Shown here piece after piece: positions 51,390-62,367 of a DNA stretch of 64,000 bases; within the stretch, counting starts at the first letter, position 1; every line of letters starts with the position of its first letter. The notes beneath the pieces were generated by a model. That model worked only from the letters and a program-made list of their open reading frames with translations, had not been told where the DNA came from and searched no databases. The position numbers and the translations under genes are program-made. The stretch is taken from assembly GCA_946500265.1 (NCBI GenBank), contig CAMMVE010000004.1, forward strand, positions 7,739 to 71,738. The letters run 5' to 3'. The DNA is from an uncultured Clostridium sp. (GTDB lineage: Bacteria; Bacillota; Clostridia; TANB77; CAG-508).

Positions 51390-54197
51390 CTATTTTATAT
51401 TTTCGCTACATCTATGGCATATTGTTGGATTCTCTTTATCTTCTCCAACAGTTTCAGAATACATCCAACATCTTTCGCATTTTTGTCCTGGTGCTTGTTC
51501 TACTTTTACGCCAAGTTTAACTTCATCTTTTCTAGCATTTTCTTTAACTTCTAGCTTAGAAACTATAAATACAGTTTGCAATAACTCTAAGTTTTCTTTT
51601 ATAAAATTATATTGGCTATCTTCTGCATAAATTGTAACTTTTGCATTTAAAGAATGTCCTATTGTTTTATTTGCTCTAGCATTTTCTAATTCTTTTGCAA
51701 CTATATCTTTTAATTTTATAATTCTATCCCATTTTTCCATTAATTCTGCATTATCATATTGAGCATTTGGTTCTGGAAAATCTGTAAGCATTACACTTTC
51801 GACCTCTTCATTTTTTGTATGTTTCATTGCTTTCCAAATTTCCTCTGCAGTAAATGATATCATTGGCGCAAGGATTTTAACTAAGCTATCTAAAATTATA
51901 TACATAGTTGTTTGAGCAGCTCTTCTTTCTATTGAGTCTTTCTTCAATGTATATAATCTATCTTTTATTATATCTAAGTAGAAATTGCTCATGTCAATTA
52001 CACAGAATTGATTTATGTCATGATAGCAATTGCTGAAATTATATCTATCATAATTTTTAATTGTATCTCTTACAAGTTTATTTAACCTTGCCAATGCCCA
52101 TTTATCGATTTCTTGTAAATCTTCATATTTTACTGGATTTTCAGGGTCATAATCAGAAGTATTTCCTAATATATATCTTGCTGTATTTCTCATTTTTCTA
52201 TAAACTTCAGATATTTGTTTTAAAATGTCGTCAGACAAGCTTACTTCTGATGTAAAATCTGATGAAAGAGCCCATAGTCTTAATATATCTGCTCCATATT
52301 TATCTGCAACATCACTTGGTGCAACACCATTACCTAAGCTCTTTGACATTTTTCTTCCTTGCCCATCTGTTACAAATCCATGTGTTAATACTTCTTTATA
52401 TGGTGCAATTCCATTTATAGCAACACTTGTTAATAGTGAAGACTGGAACCATCCTCTGTATTGGTCATTTCCTTCTAGGTACAAGTCTGCTGGATATTTT
52501 ATGCCTCTTTCAACCAATACGCTTTGATGTGTTGAACCTGAATCAAACCAAACATCCATAATATCAGTTTCTTTCTTGAAATGGTCACAACCGCATTTGC
52601 TACATTTTGCTCCATCTGGCATTAAGTCTTTTTCATCCATGTCGTACCATGCATTTGAACCTTTTTCTCTGAAAATGTCTTGGATTTTCTTTATAGATTC
52701 TTCTGTTACATATGGCTCTTTGCATTTTTCACAATAGAATATTGGAAGTGGAACTCCCCAAGTACGTTGTCTTGAAATACACCAGTCATTTCTTTCTCTA
52801 ATCATACTAGAAATTCTTTCTTCTCCCCATTCAGGAATCCAGTTTACTTTTTTAATTTCATCCAATGCAGCTTGTCTAAATCCATCGACTGAAGCAAACC
52901 ATTGGTCTGTAGCTCTATATATAACTGGCTTTTTGCATCTCCAACAATGTGGATATGAGTGTGATATGTCCACTGCTTTTAATAGATATCCATTTTCATC
53001 AAGCCATTTTGTTATTTCTTTATTAGATTTTGCATAGAACATTCCAGCAAATGGTCCAGCACCTTCTGTTTGATGACCTTTTTCATCAACAGTAACTACT
53101 ATATTAAGTCCATTTTTTAATCCTGCTAAATAGTCTTCTTTACCATAACCAGGTGCAGTATGAACAGCTCCTGTACCTTCTGTTAGTTGTACATCAACTG
53201 TATCTTCACTACCCATTATTACAACAGAATCTCTATCTAGGAATGGATGCTTGCAAAGTATACCTTCTAAATCTTTTCCTTTAAACTTTGCTATTTCTTT
53301 GTAATCCTTAATTCCAACAAGTCCCATAACTTTTTCTACAAGTTCTGTAGCTATAATATATCTTTCTACATTGTTTGTTCCTACAAAGTTAGTATTTTCA
53401 CTTTTTTGAACTTCTATAATGCTGTAGTCAAAATCTTCTCCTATAGTAATTGCAAGGTTTCCTGGCAAAGTCCATGGTGTAGTTGTCCAAATTACTAAAA
53501 AAGTATTGTTTTCATCAAATTTACCTTTTGCATCTCTAACAGGGAATTTTACATATATTGAAGTACCTGTTACATCTTTATACTCAATTTCTGCCTCAGC
53601 CAAAGCTGTTTCGCAGTCTGTACACCAATAAACAGGCTTTAATCCCTTATATATATATCCTTTTTTATACATATCACCAAATACACCGATTTGTCTTGCT
53701 TCCATTTTAGGATCATATGTTACATAAGGATGCTTCCAGTCTCCTAATACTCCAAGCCTTTTAAAACCTTCAGTTTGCATTTCTTTATATGTGCTTGTAA
53801 ACTCTTTGCAAGTATCTCTAAACTTAGTTACAGGAATTTTATTTCTATCTAATCCTAATTTTTCAATTGCTTTCTTCTCAGTTGGCATTCCATGTGTATC
53901 ATATCCTGGAATATATGGTGAATAAAATCCTCTTAAAGATTTATATCTAACAATAGCATCTTTCAAAATCTTATTTAAAGCATGTCCCGCATGAATTTCT
54001 CCATTTGCATATGGAGGTCCATCATGAAGTACAAAGCTCTCGTGCCCTTCATTTTTCTTTAATATTTTTTCATACAAGTCGTTATCAAAAATTTCTTTTT
54101 TAATATCAGGCTCCCTCTCTGGCAAATTAGCCCTCATTGGGAAATCTGTTTTTGGCAAATTTAATGTCTGTCCATAATCTTTTTTCTCTTCACTCAT
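51390..54197 (-). CDS. ileS: Isoleucyl-tRNA synthetase
   Basis: LHDGPPYANG, HAGH, KMSKS, CERCW; ATG 54197 with SD AGGAGG. Confidence 0.97.
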   Translation of the reverse strand: MSEEKKDYGQTLNLPKTDFPMRANLPEREPDIKKEIFDNDLYEKILKKNEGHESFVLHDGPPYANGEIHAGHALNKILKDAIVRYKSLRGFYSPYIPGYDTHGMPTEKKAIEKLGLDRNKIPVTKFRDTCKEFTSTYKEMQTEGFKRLGVLGDWKHPYVTYDPKMEARQIGVFGDMYKKGYIYKGLKPVYWCTDCETALAEAEIEYKDVTGTSIYVKFPVRDAKGKFDENNTFLVIWTTTPWTLPGNLAITIGEDFDYSIIEVQKSENTNFVGTNNVERYIIATELVEKVMGLVGIKDYKEIAKFKGKDLEGILCKHPFLDRDSVVIMGSEDTVDVQLTEGTGAVHTAPGYGKEDYLAGLKNGLNIVVTVDEKGHQTEGAGPFAGMFYAKSNKEITKWLDENGYLLKAVDISHSYPHCWRCKKPVIYRATDQWFASVDGFRQAALDEIKKVNWIPEWGEERISSMIRERNDWCISRQRTWGVPLPIFYCEKCKEPYVTEESIKKIQDIFREKGSNAWYDMDEKDLMPDGAKCSKCGCDHFKKETDIMDVWFDSGSTHQSVLVERGIKYPADLYLEGNDQYRGWFQSSLLTSVAINGIAPYKEVLTHGFVTDGQGRKMSKSLGNGVAPSDVADKYGADILRLWALSSDFTSEVSLSDDILKQISEVYRKMRNTARYILGNTSDYDPENPVKYEDLQEIDKWALARLNKLVRDTIKNYDRYNFSNCYHDINQFCVIDMSNFYLDIIKDRLYTLKKDSIERRAAQTTMYIILDSLVKILAPMISFTAEEIWKAMKHTKNEEVESVMLTDFPEPNAQYDNAELMEKWDRIIKLKDIVAKELENARANKTIGHSLNAKVTIYAEDSQYNFIKENLELLQTVFIVSKLEVKENARKDEVKLGVKVEQAPGQKCERCWMYSETVGEDKENPTICHRCSENIK

Positions 54198-54210
54198 TTT
54201 AACTCCTCCT

Positions 54211-54266
54211 TGTCGCTTTGGGGACAGGTCTCCCGCCGACATTTTGTCGCCATGGGGACAGGTCTC
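54211..54266. repeat. Two tandem REP-like elements, family B
   Basis: tgtcgctttggggacaggtctc and tgtcgccatggggacaggtctc abutting the ileS SD. Confidence 0.75.
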
Positions 54267-54299
54267 TACTTAAGCTAAATTTAAATTCATATATTTACA

Positions 54300-54580
54300 A
54301 AAATAAAGCTATCTCATCTCTAGGACGAAATAGCTTTTAGTTTCCGCGGTACCACCTATTTTAAAAGAATTTATAACTAAGCTAAAACCCGCTTATATCT
54401 TTCAGCAGAGTCTCAGCATTTTTGTTCTTTTCTCTCAATTACTTTTAACGCAAGCATACGGCTTAATTTACTATTATTTCAAAAAAGCTACTAAAAGGTG
54501 ATAATAAATATATCCTTATTTGCCAAATCTCACCAGCATTGGCTCTCTGTAAAATGTATATATATTTACCTTGTCCTTTA
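54300..54580 (-). promoter_or_regulatory. T-box riboswitch (Ile) for ileS
   Basis: AGAGAG and GCTGGTGAGA stem-I motifs, ATC specifier at 54502-54500, T-box AGGTGGTACCGCGG (54357-54344), terminator stem 54305-54337. Confidence 0.9.
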
Positions 54581-54814
54581 TAATTGTATTTAATTTTTTA
54601 ACTCAATAAAAATATATTACCACATTTTTACAAAAAGTGCAAGTAGTAATTAATTGTTTTTTCACAGTGTTTTGAATTTTTTTCAAATTATTATGTTACT
54701 ATTTATATATCCCTAAATACAATTTACAAAATTTTCTTGCATTTACTATATTAATGTAATAGAATTAGAAAATAAAATAATTATTTTATGCATCTTACTA
54801 TTGGAGGAATTTAT

Positions 54815-55600
54815 ATGACCAGTTTTACATTAAAATTAATTGCAATGATTACAATGTTCATAGATCACTTTGGTTATGCTATTATGGGCCAATTTAGTTT
54901 TTTTAATTTATTTGGTAGATTAGCTTTTCCTATTTTCGCTTTTCAAATAAGTGAAGGGTTTATCCATACCAAAAGTGTTAAAAAATATCTACTAAGATTA
55001 ATAATTTTTGCATTAATTTCGCAAATTCCTTTTTCGCTTTTTACATATTACATCGTTCATTCGAATCCTTTCACTTTAAATGTATTTTTCACACTTGCGT
55101 TTGGACTTATTTCAATTTATTTGTATGACTTAATCACAAAACTATTTGATAAAATATGTAATGATATAAAAAGTAGAAACTCTGAATTAAATACTGAAAA
55201 TGAAAAGAGTTATAAGCATAAAAATGCTTATTTGAATTTTTTAAAGTTGCTTGGTATTATAATCGGTATCGTCATAGCTTGCGTTCTTGCATATTGTGCC
55301 AATGTTTTAAACGCAGATTATGGATTTTGGGGTGTTATCGTAGTATTTGCATTTTATGTGTTTAAGAAAAATAAAGTAATTAGTACCATCATATTCTTCT
55401 TATTGTGTATTGCAAAGTACTTAATTACTTTCATACAAAGCGGATTTAATTATCTTTATATCCTACTTTGCTTATCCACATTTGCAAGTATTTGTTTTGT
55501 AAATAGTTACAATGGCAAACAAGGTATAAAAATAAAATATCTACTTTATATCTTTTATCCATTGCATCTCTTACTATTATATTTTTTCTTCAGAGGCTAA
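54815..55600 (+). CDS. TraX-family membrane protein
   Basis: LKLIAMITMFIDH, GRLAFPIF.FQI.EG, FY.FYP.HLL. Confidence 0.85.
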   Translation: MTSFTLKLIAMITMFIDHFGYAIMGQFSFFNLFGRLAFPIFAFQISEGFIHTKSVKKYLLRLIIFALISQIPFSLFTYYIVHSNPFTLNVFFTLAFGLISIYLYDLITKLFDKICNDIKSRNSELNTENEKSYKHKNAYLNFLKLLGIIIGIVIACVLAYCANVLNADYGFWGVIVVFAFYVFKKNKVISTIIFFLLCIAKYLITFIQSGFNYLYILLCLSTFASICFVNSYNGKQGIKIKYLLYIFYPLHLLLLYFFFRG

Positions 55601-55617
55601 TTTATTTAAAACATTGA

Positions 55618-55662
55618 AGTGAAACACTGGAGCCACATTTAAATGTGTCCCCATGTTTCACT
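55618..55662. repeat. REP-like palindrome, family A
   Basis: agtgaaaca...aaatgtgtcccc.tgtttcact. Confidence 0.75.
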
Positions 55663-55708
55663 GCTTTAAATAATTAATGCTGCCTTAAGACTTGACTTGT
55701 AAATGAAA

Positions 55709-55745
55709 AAATGTCGCCTTGAGACCTGTCCCCAAAGCGACATTT
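55709..55745. repeat. REP-like palindrome, family B
   Basis: aaatgtcgc...gagacctgtcccc...gcgacattt. Confidence 0.75.
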
Positions 55746-55746
55746 C

Positions 55747-56949
55747 TTATTTATTTAATTCTTCTATTGCTCTTTGTAATTGTGTGTCATTTTCTTTTGT
55801 AAGCTCTGTTATTCCTTCTGGTAGCTCTACTGTAATATTTGGCTCTATTCCAACTTTGTTTATTTTGTTTCTATTTGGTGTACAGTATTCTTCTGTAGTT
55901 GTTTTTAGCCCACTTCCATCTGATAAGCTTATCAATGTTTGTATTACACCTTTTCCATATGTCTTTGTTCCTATTATTGTTGCTTTTTCATAATCTTTTA
56001 ATGTTCCTGCAAATATTTCTGATGCACTAGCAGAGCTTCCATTTACCAATACTGCTATTGGTATATCAATAATTGGATCTTCTTCAGATTTGATTATTTC
56101 TTCTTCTCCTGCTTTATTTCTCTCTATTAGAAGTTCACTGCCTTTATCACATATCATTTCCAACATATCAATTGATTCGTCTACAACTCCGCCACCGTTT
56201 CCTCTTATATCTATTATTAAAGATTTTGCACCTTCTCCTTTTAGTTTTTCATATGTCGATTTAAATTCTTTTGCTGTTCCTCCATCAAAGTCCAAGACTT
56301 TAATATATGCTATATTTCCATCAAGCATCTCTGATTCTATATGGCTTACTTCTATTCTTTTTCTTTCAATATTTACTTCAAAGGTTTCATTATTTCTTTT
56401 TATTCCTAGCTTAACTGATGTATTTTCCTCGCCTTTGATTTTGTCTGACATTTCTGATACATTTTCAGGTGTTATTTCTTCTCCATCTACAGAAACAATT
56501 TGGTCATTTTCTTTTAAGCCTGCTTCTGCTGCTGGCGAGCCTTCCATTGGTTCTACTACTGTAATTGTACCTTCTTCATAATTTACTATCATATATATTC
56601 CTATTCCAACAAAGTTACCCATCGCAGAATCGTACTCTTGGCTCATTTCCTCAGGTGTGTAATATTCTGTATATTCATCTCCAACACCTGCCACATAACC
56701 TTTTACGGCCATTTGTAGCATTTTTTCATCATCTAAATCACCTATATACATATCTTCTAGCAATGTTCTAATAGATGCAAGTGTTGTTTCTATTCCTGTT
56801 GTTCCATCTCCTTCCGCAATGCTTTTTATGCTTGAAGATGATGTTAATTGTTCTGTTACAACAACTGCTGTTATCAATGATGATATTAATGCAGTAATAA
56901 TTATTAACATTATTACTTTATAAATTTTCTGTGCTTTTTCTGAATTCAT
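55747..56949 (-). CDS. ctpA: C-terminal processing protease (S41, PDZ)
   Basis: GIGI PDZ, IDIRGNGGG, SASASEIF, TYGKG. Confidence 0.92.
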   Translation of the reverse strand: MNSEKAQKIYKVIMLIIITALISSLITAVVVTEQLTSSSSIKSIAEGDGTTGIETTLASIRTLLEDMYIGDLDDEKMLQMAVKGYVAGVGDEYTEYYTPEEMSQEYDSAMGNFVGIGIYMIVNYEEGTITVVEPMEGSPAAEAGLKENDQIVSVDGEEITPENVSEMSDKIKGEENTSVKLGIKRNNETFEVNIERKRIEVSHIESEMLDGNIAYIKVLDFDGGTAKEFKSTYEKLKGEGAKSLIIDIRGNGGGVVDESIDMLEMICDKGSELLIERNKAGEEEIIKSEEDPIIDIPIAVLVNGSSASASEIFAGTLKDYEKATIIGTKTYGKGVIQTLISLSDGSGLKTTTEEYCTPNRNKINKVGIEPNITVELPEGITELTKENDTQLQRAIEELNK

Positions 56950-56981
56950 TTATAATCAATTCCTTCCTTAAGTCCGTCGAT

Positions 56982-58181
56982 TTATGGTTTCTTAACAAAA
57001 CTCCATGGACTCGTACAAGTACCATTTACTCTTACTTCAAAATGTAAATGCGGTCCTGTTGAATTTCCGGTTGAACCGACTTCCATTATGGTTTCGCCTT
57101 CTTTAACTTCTTTGTTTAATGTTGTAAGTACTTTGTTTCCGTGTCCATATAATGTAACTATTCCATCTCCATGGTTTATCATTACACAATTTCCATATCC
57201 ACCTAACCATCCGGCATATGTTACTACTCCATCTGCTGCTGCAACTACTGGTGTACCTAAAGCTACACCTGCAATATCTATTCCTGTATGTTGTTTTACA
57301 ACTCCTTGAATTGGATGTTCTCTCATTCCAAAATCTGATGTAATTACAGTTCCACTAGCTGCTACAGGCCATAGCATTTCTCCTCCTGTATATTGAATAT
57401 TCGGATCAATTCTATTTGTAGCTAAATATATTTGTTCCTGAATTTCTTCTTGCTCCTTCTTGTATTCAGTCAATTGCTCTTGTATCTTCTTTTCATCCTC
57501 TGAAAGATCATCTATATAGCTTTGCTGTAAAGTTTTCATATTAGTTAAGACTATTGATGTTTGCTCACTTCTTGATTTTATAATTCTTATTTCATTTTGC
57601 TCATTTTCTAACTTTTGTTTTGTAATATCCATTTCGTCTTTTACTTGTTCTATTTGATCTATCAATTTACTATCATATTCGGCAATTTCTTGAATCATAT
57701 ATGATCTTGAAATAAATTCTGTAATACTTTTAGCTTTTAATAATACATCTAAATATTGAGTATCACCTGACTCATAAATCGCAACAAGTCGTCTAGCAAG
57801 TAAATCACTTTTTTCTTGGTAATATTGTGTAGCAACTGCTAATTTTGCACTTGCATCATTTATGGAATTCTGTAATGTTTCCATTTTTTGTCCCAATTCT
57901 TCTATTTCTTTTTCATATTGGGATATTTTATCTTCTGTCTCCTGTACTTTTAGCAAAGATGCTGTTAATTCATCTTGTACATATTCAAGTTTGTCACTTG
58001 TTTCTGCAATTTTATTATCTATTACTTCTTTTTGTTCATTCAAGCTTAGTTCGTTAGTTGTGGAATTATTTATTGCGTTTGTAACTATTTCATTTGTTTC
58101 AGAATTCTCAGCAAATACAAAAGTACAGAAATATTGAAATACTACAATAATTAATATTATAGATAGAATTTTCTTCTTCAT
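56982..58181 (-). CDS. Coiled-coil + M23 peptidase (EnvC/PcsB-like)
   Basis: HTGIDI, LYGH, STGPHLHFEVR. Confidence 0.92.
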   Translation of the reverse strand: MKKKILSIILIIVVFQYFCTFVFAENSETNEIVTNAINNSTTNELSLNEQKEVIDNKIAETSDKLEYVQDELTASLLKVQETEDKISQYEKEIEELGQKMETLQNSINDASAKLAVATQYYQEKSDLLARRLVAIYESGDTQYLDVLLKAKSITEFISRSYMIQEIAEYDSKLIDQIEQVKDEMDITKQKLENEQNEIRIIKSRSEQTSIVLTNMKTLQQSYIDDLSEDEKKIQEQLTEYKKEQEEIQEQIYLATNRIDPNIQYTGGEMLWPVAASGTVITSDFGMREHPIQGVVKQHTGIDIAGVALGTPVVAAADGVVTYAGWLGGYGNCVMINHGDGIVTLYGHGNKVLTTLNKEVKEGETIMEVGSTGNSTGPHLHFEVRVNGTCTSPWSFVKKP

Positions 58182-58237
58182 ATTCACTAATCATTCCTTT
58201 GCATGTATTTAGGTTTTCTAAGGATATACCTATAAAC

Positions 58238-59419
58238 CTATATTGAGTATAATGTTGGATGTGTTGTATACTGTAGTGGGTCTACTCTATAACTTAAATC
58301 AAGTCCTCCTATATATACTTCATAATGTAAATGTGGTCCTGTTGAAATTCCAGTGTTTCCAGAAACTGCTATTTGCTGTCCTCTTGATACTGTTTGTCCA
58401 GCACTTACATTAAATGATGAAAGATGTCCGTATGCTGTATAATATCCATTACCATGGTCTATTTCTATGTAATTACCATATCCACTCATCCATCCAGCAC
58501 TAACTACTGTTCCTGCTGCCGCAGCATGCACTGGAACATAATTAACTGGTATATCTATCGCTCCATGGTTTGAAGATGCACCTGATGTAGGAGATTCTCT
58601 TGGTCCAAAATATGATGAAATATAGTTGTAATTTTGTGAACTTGAAGATATTGGCCAGCTTAATACTCCTTCAAAACTTCCTTGGTAGCTATAGTTTTTA
58701 TCACTACCACTACTTTGTTGCTTACGACGTTCTTCCTCAGCTTTTCTTTTAGCCTCTTTAATTTGATCTTCAAATTCATCTATTTGAGCTTGTAATTCCT
58801 TTTCTTGCTCAGATAGCTCACTTACTTTTGTACGCTTTGTAGCTCTTGCTACTTGCAAGCTTTCACTTTTTTGCTCAACCTCTTTTTTAGATTCTGTCAC
58901 TTCATTTTGTTCTTTTTCTAATTCTTGTTTTTTAGTTTCAGTTTCTTGCTGTTTTGTTTTTATAGAGTCTATTACAGTTTGGTCTGCCTCTGCCATTTCT
59001 TCTATTCTATAGTAATTAGAAACAAATGATGTAATATTTTCAGAAGATAGAAGCACATCTAAATATGTAGTTTGCCCTCTTTCATACATTGCTACTAATC
59101 TTTGTATTAGTAAATCTTCTTTTTCTGCAACTTCTTTTTCTAATTGTTTAATTTCTTTTTCTTTATTAGTTATAGATTCTTCTAAAGAGTCTATCTTATT
59201 ATTTAAATCTTCTATTTCATTTTCATACTCAGAAATTTGAACATTTAATTCACTAATTTCATCCATTACTGATTCTTTTTCTGCAGTAACTTCTTCTTTT
59301 TTGTCTTCTGCTTCACTTTTTTGATCTTGTAAATCAGAAACGCTTGCCGCAATTGACGGTACATTCATCATGCATATCATCGTAAGTATTAATACAATAG
59401 ATACAACTTTCTTCATCAT
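58238..59419 (-). CDS. Coiled-coil + M23 peptidase (second paralog)
   Basis: HGAIDI, AYGH, STGPHLHYEV. Confidence 0.92.
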   Translation of the reverse strand: MMKKVVSIVLILTMICMMNVPSIAASVSDLQDQKSEAEDKKEEVTAEKESVMDEISELNVQISEYENEIEDLNNKIDSLEESITNKEKEIKQLEKEVAEKEDLLIQRLVAMYERGQTTYLDVLLSSENITSFVSNYYRIEEMAEADQTVIDSIKTKQQETETKKQELEKEQNEVTESKKEVEQKSESLQVARATKRTKVSELSEQEKELQAQIDEFEDQIKEAKRKAEEERRKQQSSGSDKNYSYQGSFEGVLSWPISSSSQNYNYISSYFGPRESPTSGASSNHGAIDIPVNYVPVHAAAAGTVVSAGWMSGYGNYIEIDHGNGYYTAYGHLSSFNVSAGQTVSRGQQIAVSGNTGISTGPHLHYEVYIGGLDLSYRVDPLQYTTHPTLYSI

Positions 59420-59484
59420 AAAATCGCTCTCCTTAAAATTTTATCTTAAAATTTCGTTTTTATTCCATTTTTTATGTTTCGTTT

Positions 59485-60387
59485 TTATACATCAAGATAT
59501 TTCTTCATTGAAATAGCACTACCTATAGCACCAATGCCAATTCCCATAATAACATATACTGTAAATAGCAATGAAATCATATCTGAGAATGAAAGTAATC
59601 CTAATCCTATTGTTTCCATTGTTTGTCCAGTAGTAATTTTTTCTGCTACAAAATTATATGTAAATCCTAAAATAACAACAGTAATAATAGCTGATACAAC
59701 GCCTATTATAATACCTTCTACCATAAATGGCCATCTTATAAATCCATTTGTTGCTCCAACATATTTCATGATAGAAATTTCTTTTCTTCTTGCATGTACT
59801 GTAAGTTTTATAGTATTTGCTATAATAAATATAGAAATGAATATTAAGAGTACTAAAATCACACCTGTTGCAGTTCTAATTCCGTTTGCTATATCTACAA
59901 GCCTATTAACAGTATCGCTTCCCACTTCTATTTTTGCAACATTTTCAAATCCAGAAATTTTATCTCTAACTTCATCTATTTTAGTTAAATCGGTTAAAGT
60001 AATAACATAAGAAGCTTTAAAAGGGTTGTCCTCTCCAGAATATGGATCTAATATTTCAGCATCTTCTCCTAACCATGATTTCATCTCATTCAAAGCTTGC
60101 TCTTGAGAAACATAATCTACTGTATTAACTTCTTGAATTGCTCTTATCTGTCTTTCCAATTCAGCCTCTTGTTCTTGTGTTGCTTCTGGATTTATAAAAA
60201 CCTGCATAGCTTGATCTGACTGAACTTGTTCAATTATATAATTTACGTTTTCTCCTATTAGGAAGAAAATACCAAATATGAACATTGTGGCACACATTAT
60301 AATAATTGAAGCCGCAGTAGACTTTTTATTTTTAAAGAAATTTCTAAAACCTTCCCCTATTAAATAACCAAAAATACTATACTTCAC
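59485..60387 (-). CDS. ftsX: Cell division permease FtsX
   Basis: NTIKLTVHARRKEISIMKYVGATNGFIRWPF. Confidence 0.95.
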   Translation of the reverse strand: MKYSIFGYLIGEGFRNFFKNKKSTAASIIIMCATMFIFGIFFLIGENVNYIIEQVQSDQAMQVFINPEATQEQEAELERQIRAIQEVNTVDYVSQEQALNEMKSWLGEDAEILDPYSGEDNPFKASYVITLTDLTKIDEVRDKISGFENVAKIEVGSDTVNRLVDIANGIRTATGVILVLLIFISIFIIANTIKLTVHARRKEISIMKYVGATNGFIRWPFMVEGIIIGVVSAIITVVILGFTYNFVAEKITTGQTMETIGLGLLSFSDMISLLFTVYVIMGIGIGAIGSAISMKKYLDV

Positions 60388-61063
60388 TATTATACCCACC
60401 TTTTTTATCATCTCTTATTATATTGCCTTTTTCAATTTGAATAACCCTTTTTTTCATTCTATCGACAATATCTTTGGCATGAGTTGCAACAACTACAGTA
60501 GTTCCTCTTCCATTAATATCTTTAAGAAGGTTCATTATTTCCCATGCAGTATCAGGGTCTAAGTTTCCTGTAGGCTCATCTGCAATAATCATAGAAGGAT
60601 TATTAACCAAAGCTCTTGCTAATGCTACTCTTTGTTGTTCTCCACCTGATAGTTCATTTGGATACACTTTTGCTTTATCGCTAAGACCTACCAAAGACAA
60701 AACCATAGGTACTTGTCTTCTAATATGTTTAGGCGTTGCTCTTACAATATACATAGCATAAGCAACATTGTCATACACAGTTCTATCTGGAAGAAGCCTA
60801 AAATCTTGGAAAACCACTCCCATACTTCTTCTCAAGAAAGGTACTCTTTTAGGTTTCAAATATGTAGTATCCTTTCCATTAATAATAATACGTCCAGAAG
60901 TAGGCTCTTCTTCCTTCAAAATTAACTTAATCAAAGTAGACTTACCAGAGCCAGAACTACCAACTAGAAAAGCAAACTCCCCTTTATCGATCTTAAAATT
61001 AGCATTATGAACGGCCTCTGTACCTGTATCATACTTCTTATTTACATTTCTAAATTCTATCAT
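60377..61063 (-). CDS. ftsE: Cell division ATP-binding protein FtsE
   Basis: GSSGSGKST, LSGGEQQRV, ADEPTGNLD; ATG 61063. Confidence 0.95.
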   Translation of the reverse strand: MIEFRNVNKKYDTGTEAVHNANFKIDKGEFAFLVGSSGSGKSTLIKLILKEEEPTSGRIIINGKDTTYLKPKRVPFLRRSMGVVFQDFRLLPDRTVYDNVAYAMYIVRATPKHIRRQVPMVLSLVGLSDKAKVYPNELSGGEQQRVALARALVNNPSMIIADEPTGNLDPDTAWEIMNLLKDINGRGTTVVVATHAKDIVDRMKKRVIQIEKGNIIRDDKKGGYNSEV

Positions 61064-61076
61064 TCTTATCTCCTTT

Positions 61077-61107
61077 TGTCGCTTTAGGGACAGGTCTAAA
61101 AGCGACA
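61077..61107. repeat. REP-like palindrome, family B
   Basis: tgtcgctttagggacaggtctaaaagcgaca abutting the ftsE SD. Confidence 0.7.
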
Positions 61108-61361
61108 TTTTTGTCAATATATAATTTGTCTAAAATATACTTCTATATCATAACAATAAAACCAAAGTTTTGCAATAGTTTTTAACAGAAAAAACAACAT
61201 AAATTTTTCTTTTAAAACAATTTATGTTGCTTTTTTCTCTATAAATCTTTTATTTACTTCTTTTTTTATCAAATAGGAAATTAATGTAAACTTTTGTCAT
61301 TTCATTAAAAATTGATTTTTATAATTTATTTTATATTTCTAGTACATTTTTTAATGGATTA

Positions 61362-62297
61362 TTATGTATTAACCAAAACCTTATTTACTATTGCCTCTGC
61401 ATCAATTTTATAATATGTCATAAGTTCTTCTGCTTTTCCGCTTCTTCCAAAGCAGTCATTTATTCCCATTCTTTCCACTTTAACTGGGTATTCTTCTGAT
61501 AGAATTTCGCATACTGCACTTCCTAATCCACCTATTATATTATGGTCTTCAACTGTTATAATTCTTGCGGTTTCCTCTGCACATTTTACAAGCAAATCTC
61601 TATCTATTGGTTTTATTGTGTGCATATCTATTACTCTAACATCTATTCCTTTTTCTTGTAATATTTTTTGTGCTTTAAGTGCTTCAGATACAGTTACTCC
61701 TGTTGCAATTATGCTTGCATCTGTTCCGCTTCCCAATTGTATTCCTTTGCCAATTTCAAATTGCTCATTTCCTTCATATATAACTGGTGTAGCCATTCTG
61801 CATAATCTTAAATATACAGGTCCATCTATTTTCGCAATTTCTCTTACTGCCCATCTTGTTTGAGTATCATCTGAAGTAGATAGAACAGTCATATTTGGAA
61901 GCCCTCTCATTAGCCCCAGATCTTCTATCATTTGATGTGTTGCTCCATCTTCTCCTACTGTTATTCCTGCATGTGTTGCACATATTTTTACATTTAATTT
62001 TGGATATGCTATGCTTGTTCGTATTTGATCATATGCTCTTCCTGCTGCAAATACAGCAAATGTGCTTGCATATGGTATTTTACCAAATGTACTAAGTCCA
62101 GCTGCTATACCCATAAGATTTTGTTCTGCAATTCCCACATTTATGAATCTGTCAGGGAATTTTTTCGCGAAAATACCTGTTTTAGTTGCTGTAGTTAAAT
62201 CGGCATCCAAAACCACAATATCTTTGTTTTCTTCTCCAAGTTTGGCTAATTCTTCTCCATAGCTTTGCCTGGTAGCTATTTTTATATCACTATTCAT
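61362..62297 (-). CDS. Transketolase C-terminal subunit
   Basis: GIAEQN, EDGATHQ, TVEDH. Confidence 0.93.
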   Translation of the reverse strand: MNSDIKIATRQSYGEELAKLGEENKDIVVLDADLTTATKTGIFAKKFPDRFINVGIAEQNLMGIAAGLSTFGKIPYASTFAVFAAGRAYDQIRTSIAYPKLNVKICATHAGITVGEDGATHQMIEDLGLMRGLPNMTVLSTSDDTQTRWAVREIAKIDGPVYLRLCRMATPVIYEGNEQFEIGKGIQLGSGTDASIIATGVTVSEALKAQKILQEKGIDVRVIDMHTIKPIDRDLLVKCAEETARIITVEDHNIIGGLGSAVCEILSEEYPVKVERMGINDCFGRSGKAEELMTYYKIDAEAIVNKVLVNT

Positions 62298-62367
62298 AAA
62301 TTTCCTCCTTCGCTTCTATACAACAATTCTATTTTTTTAATATACCGCTAAGACATAATCTAAATTC

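Noticed and set aside
54815-55600. TraX gene as sign of a second conjugative element
   Set aside because: TraX-like acyltransferases are common chromosomal genes; no other mobility genes nearby
56982-59419. Two tandem M23 peptidases with ftsEX and ctpA
   Set aside because: Ordinary Firmicutes cell-wall operon with a paralog
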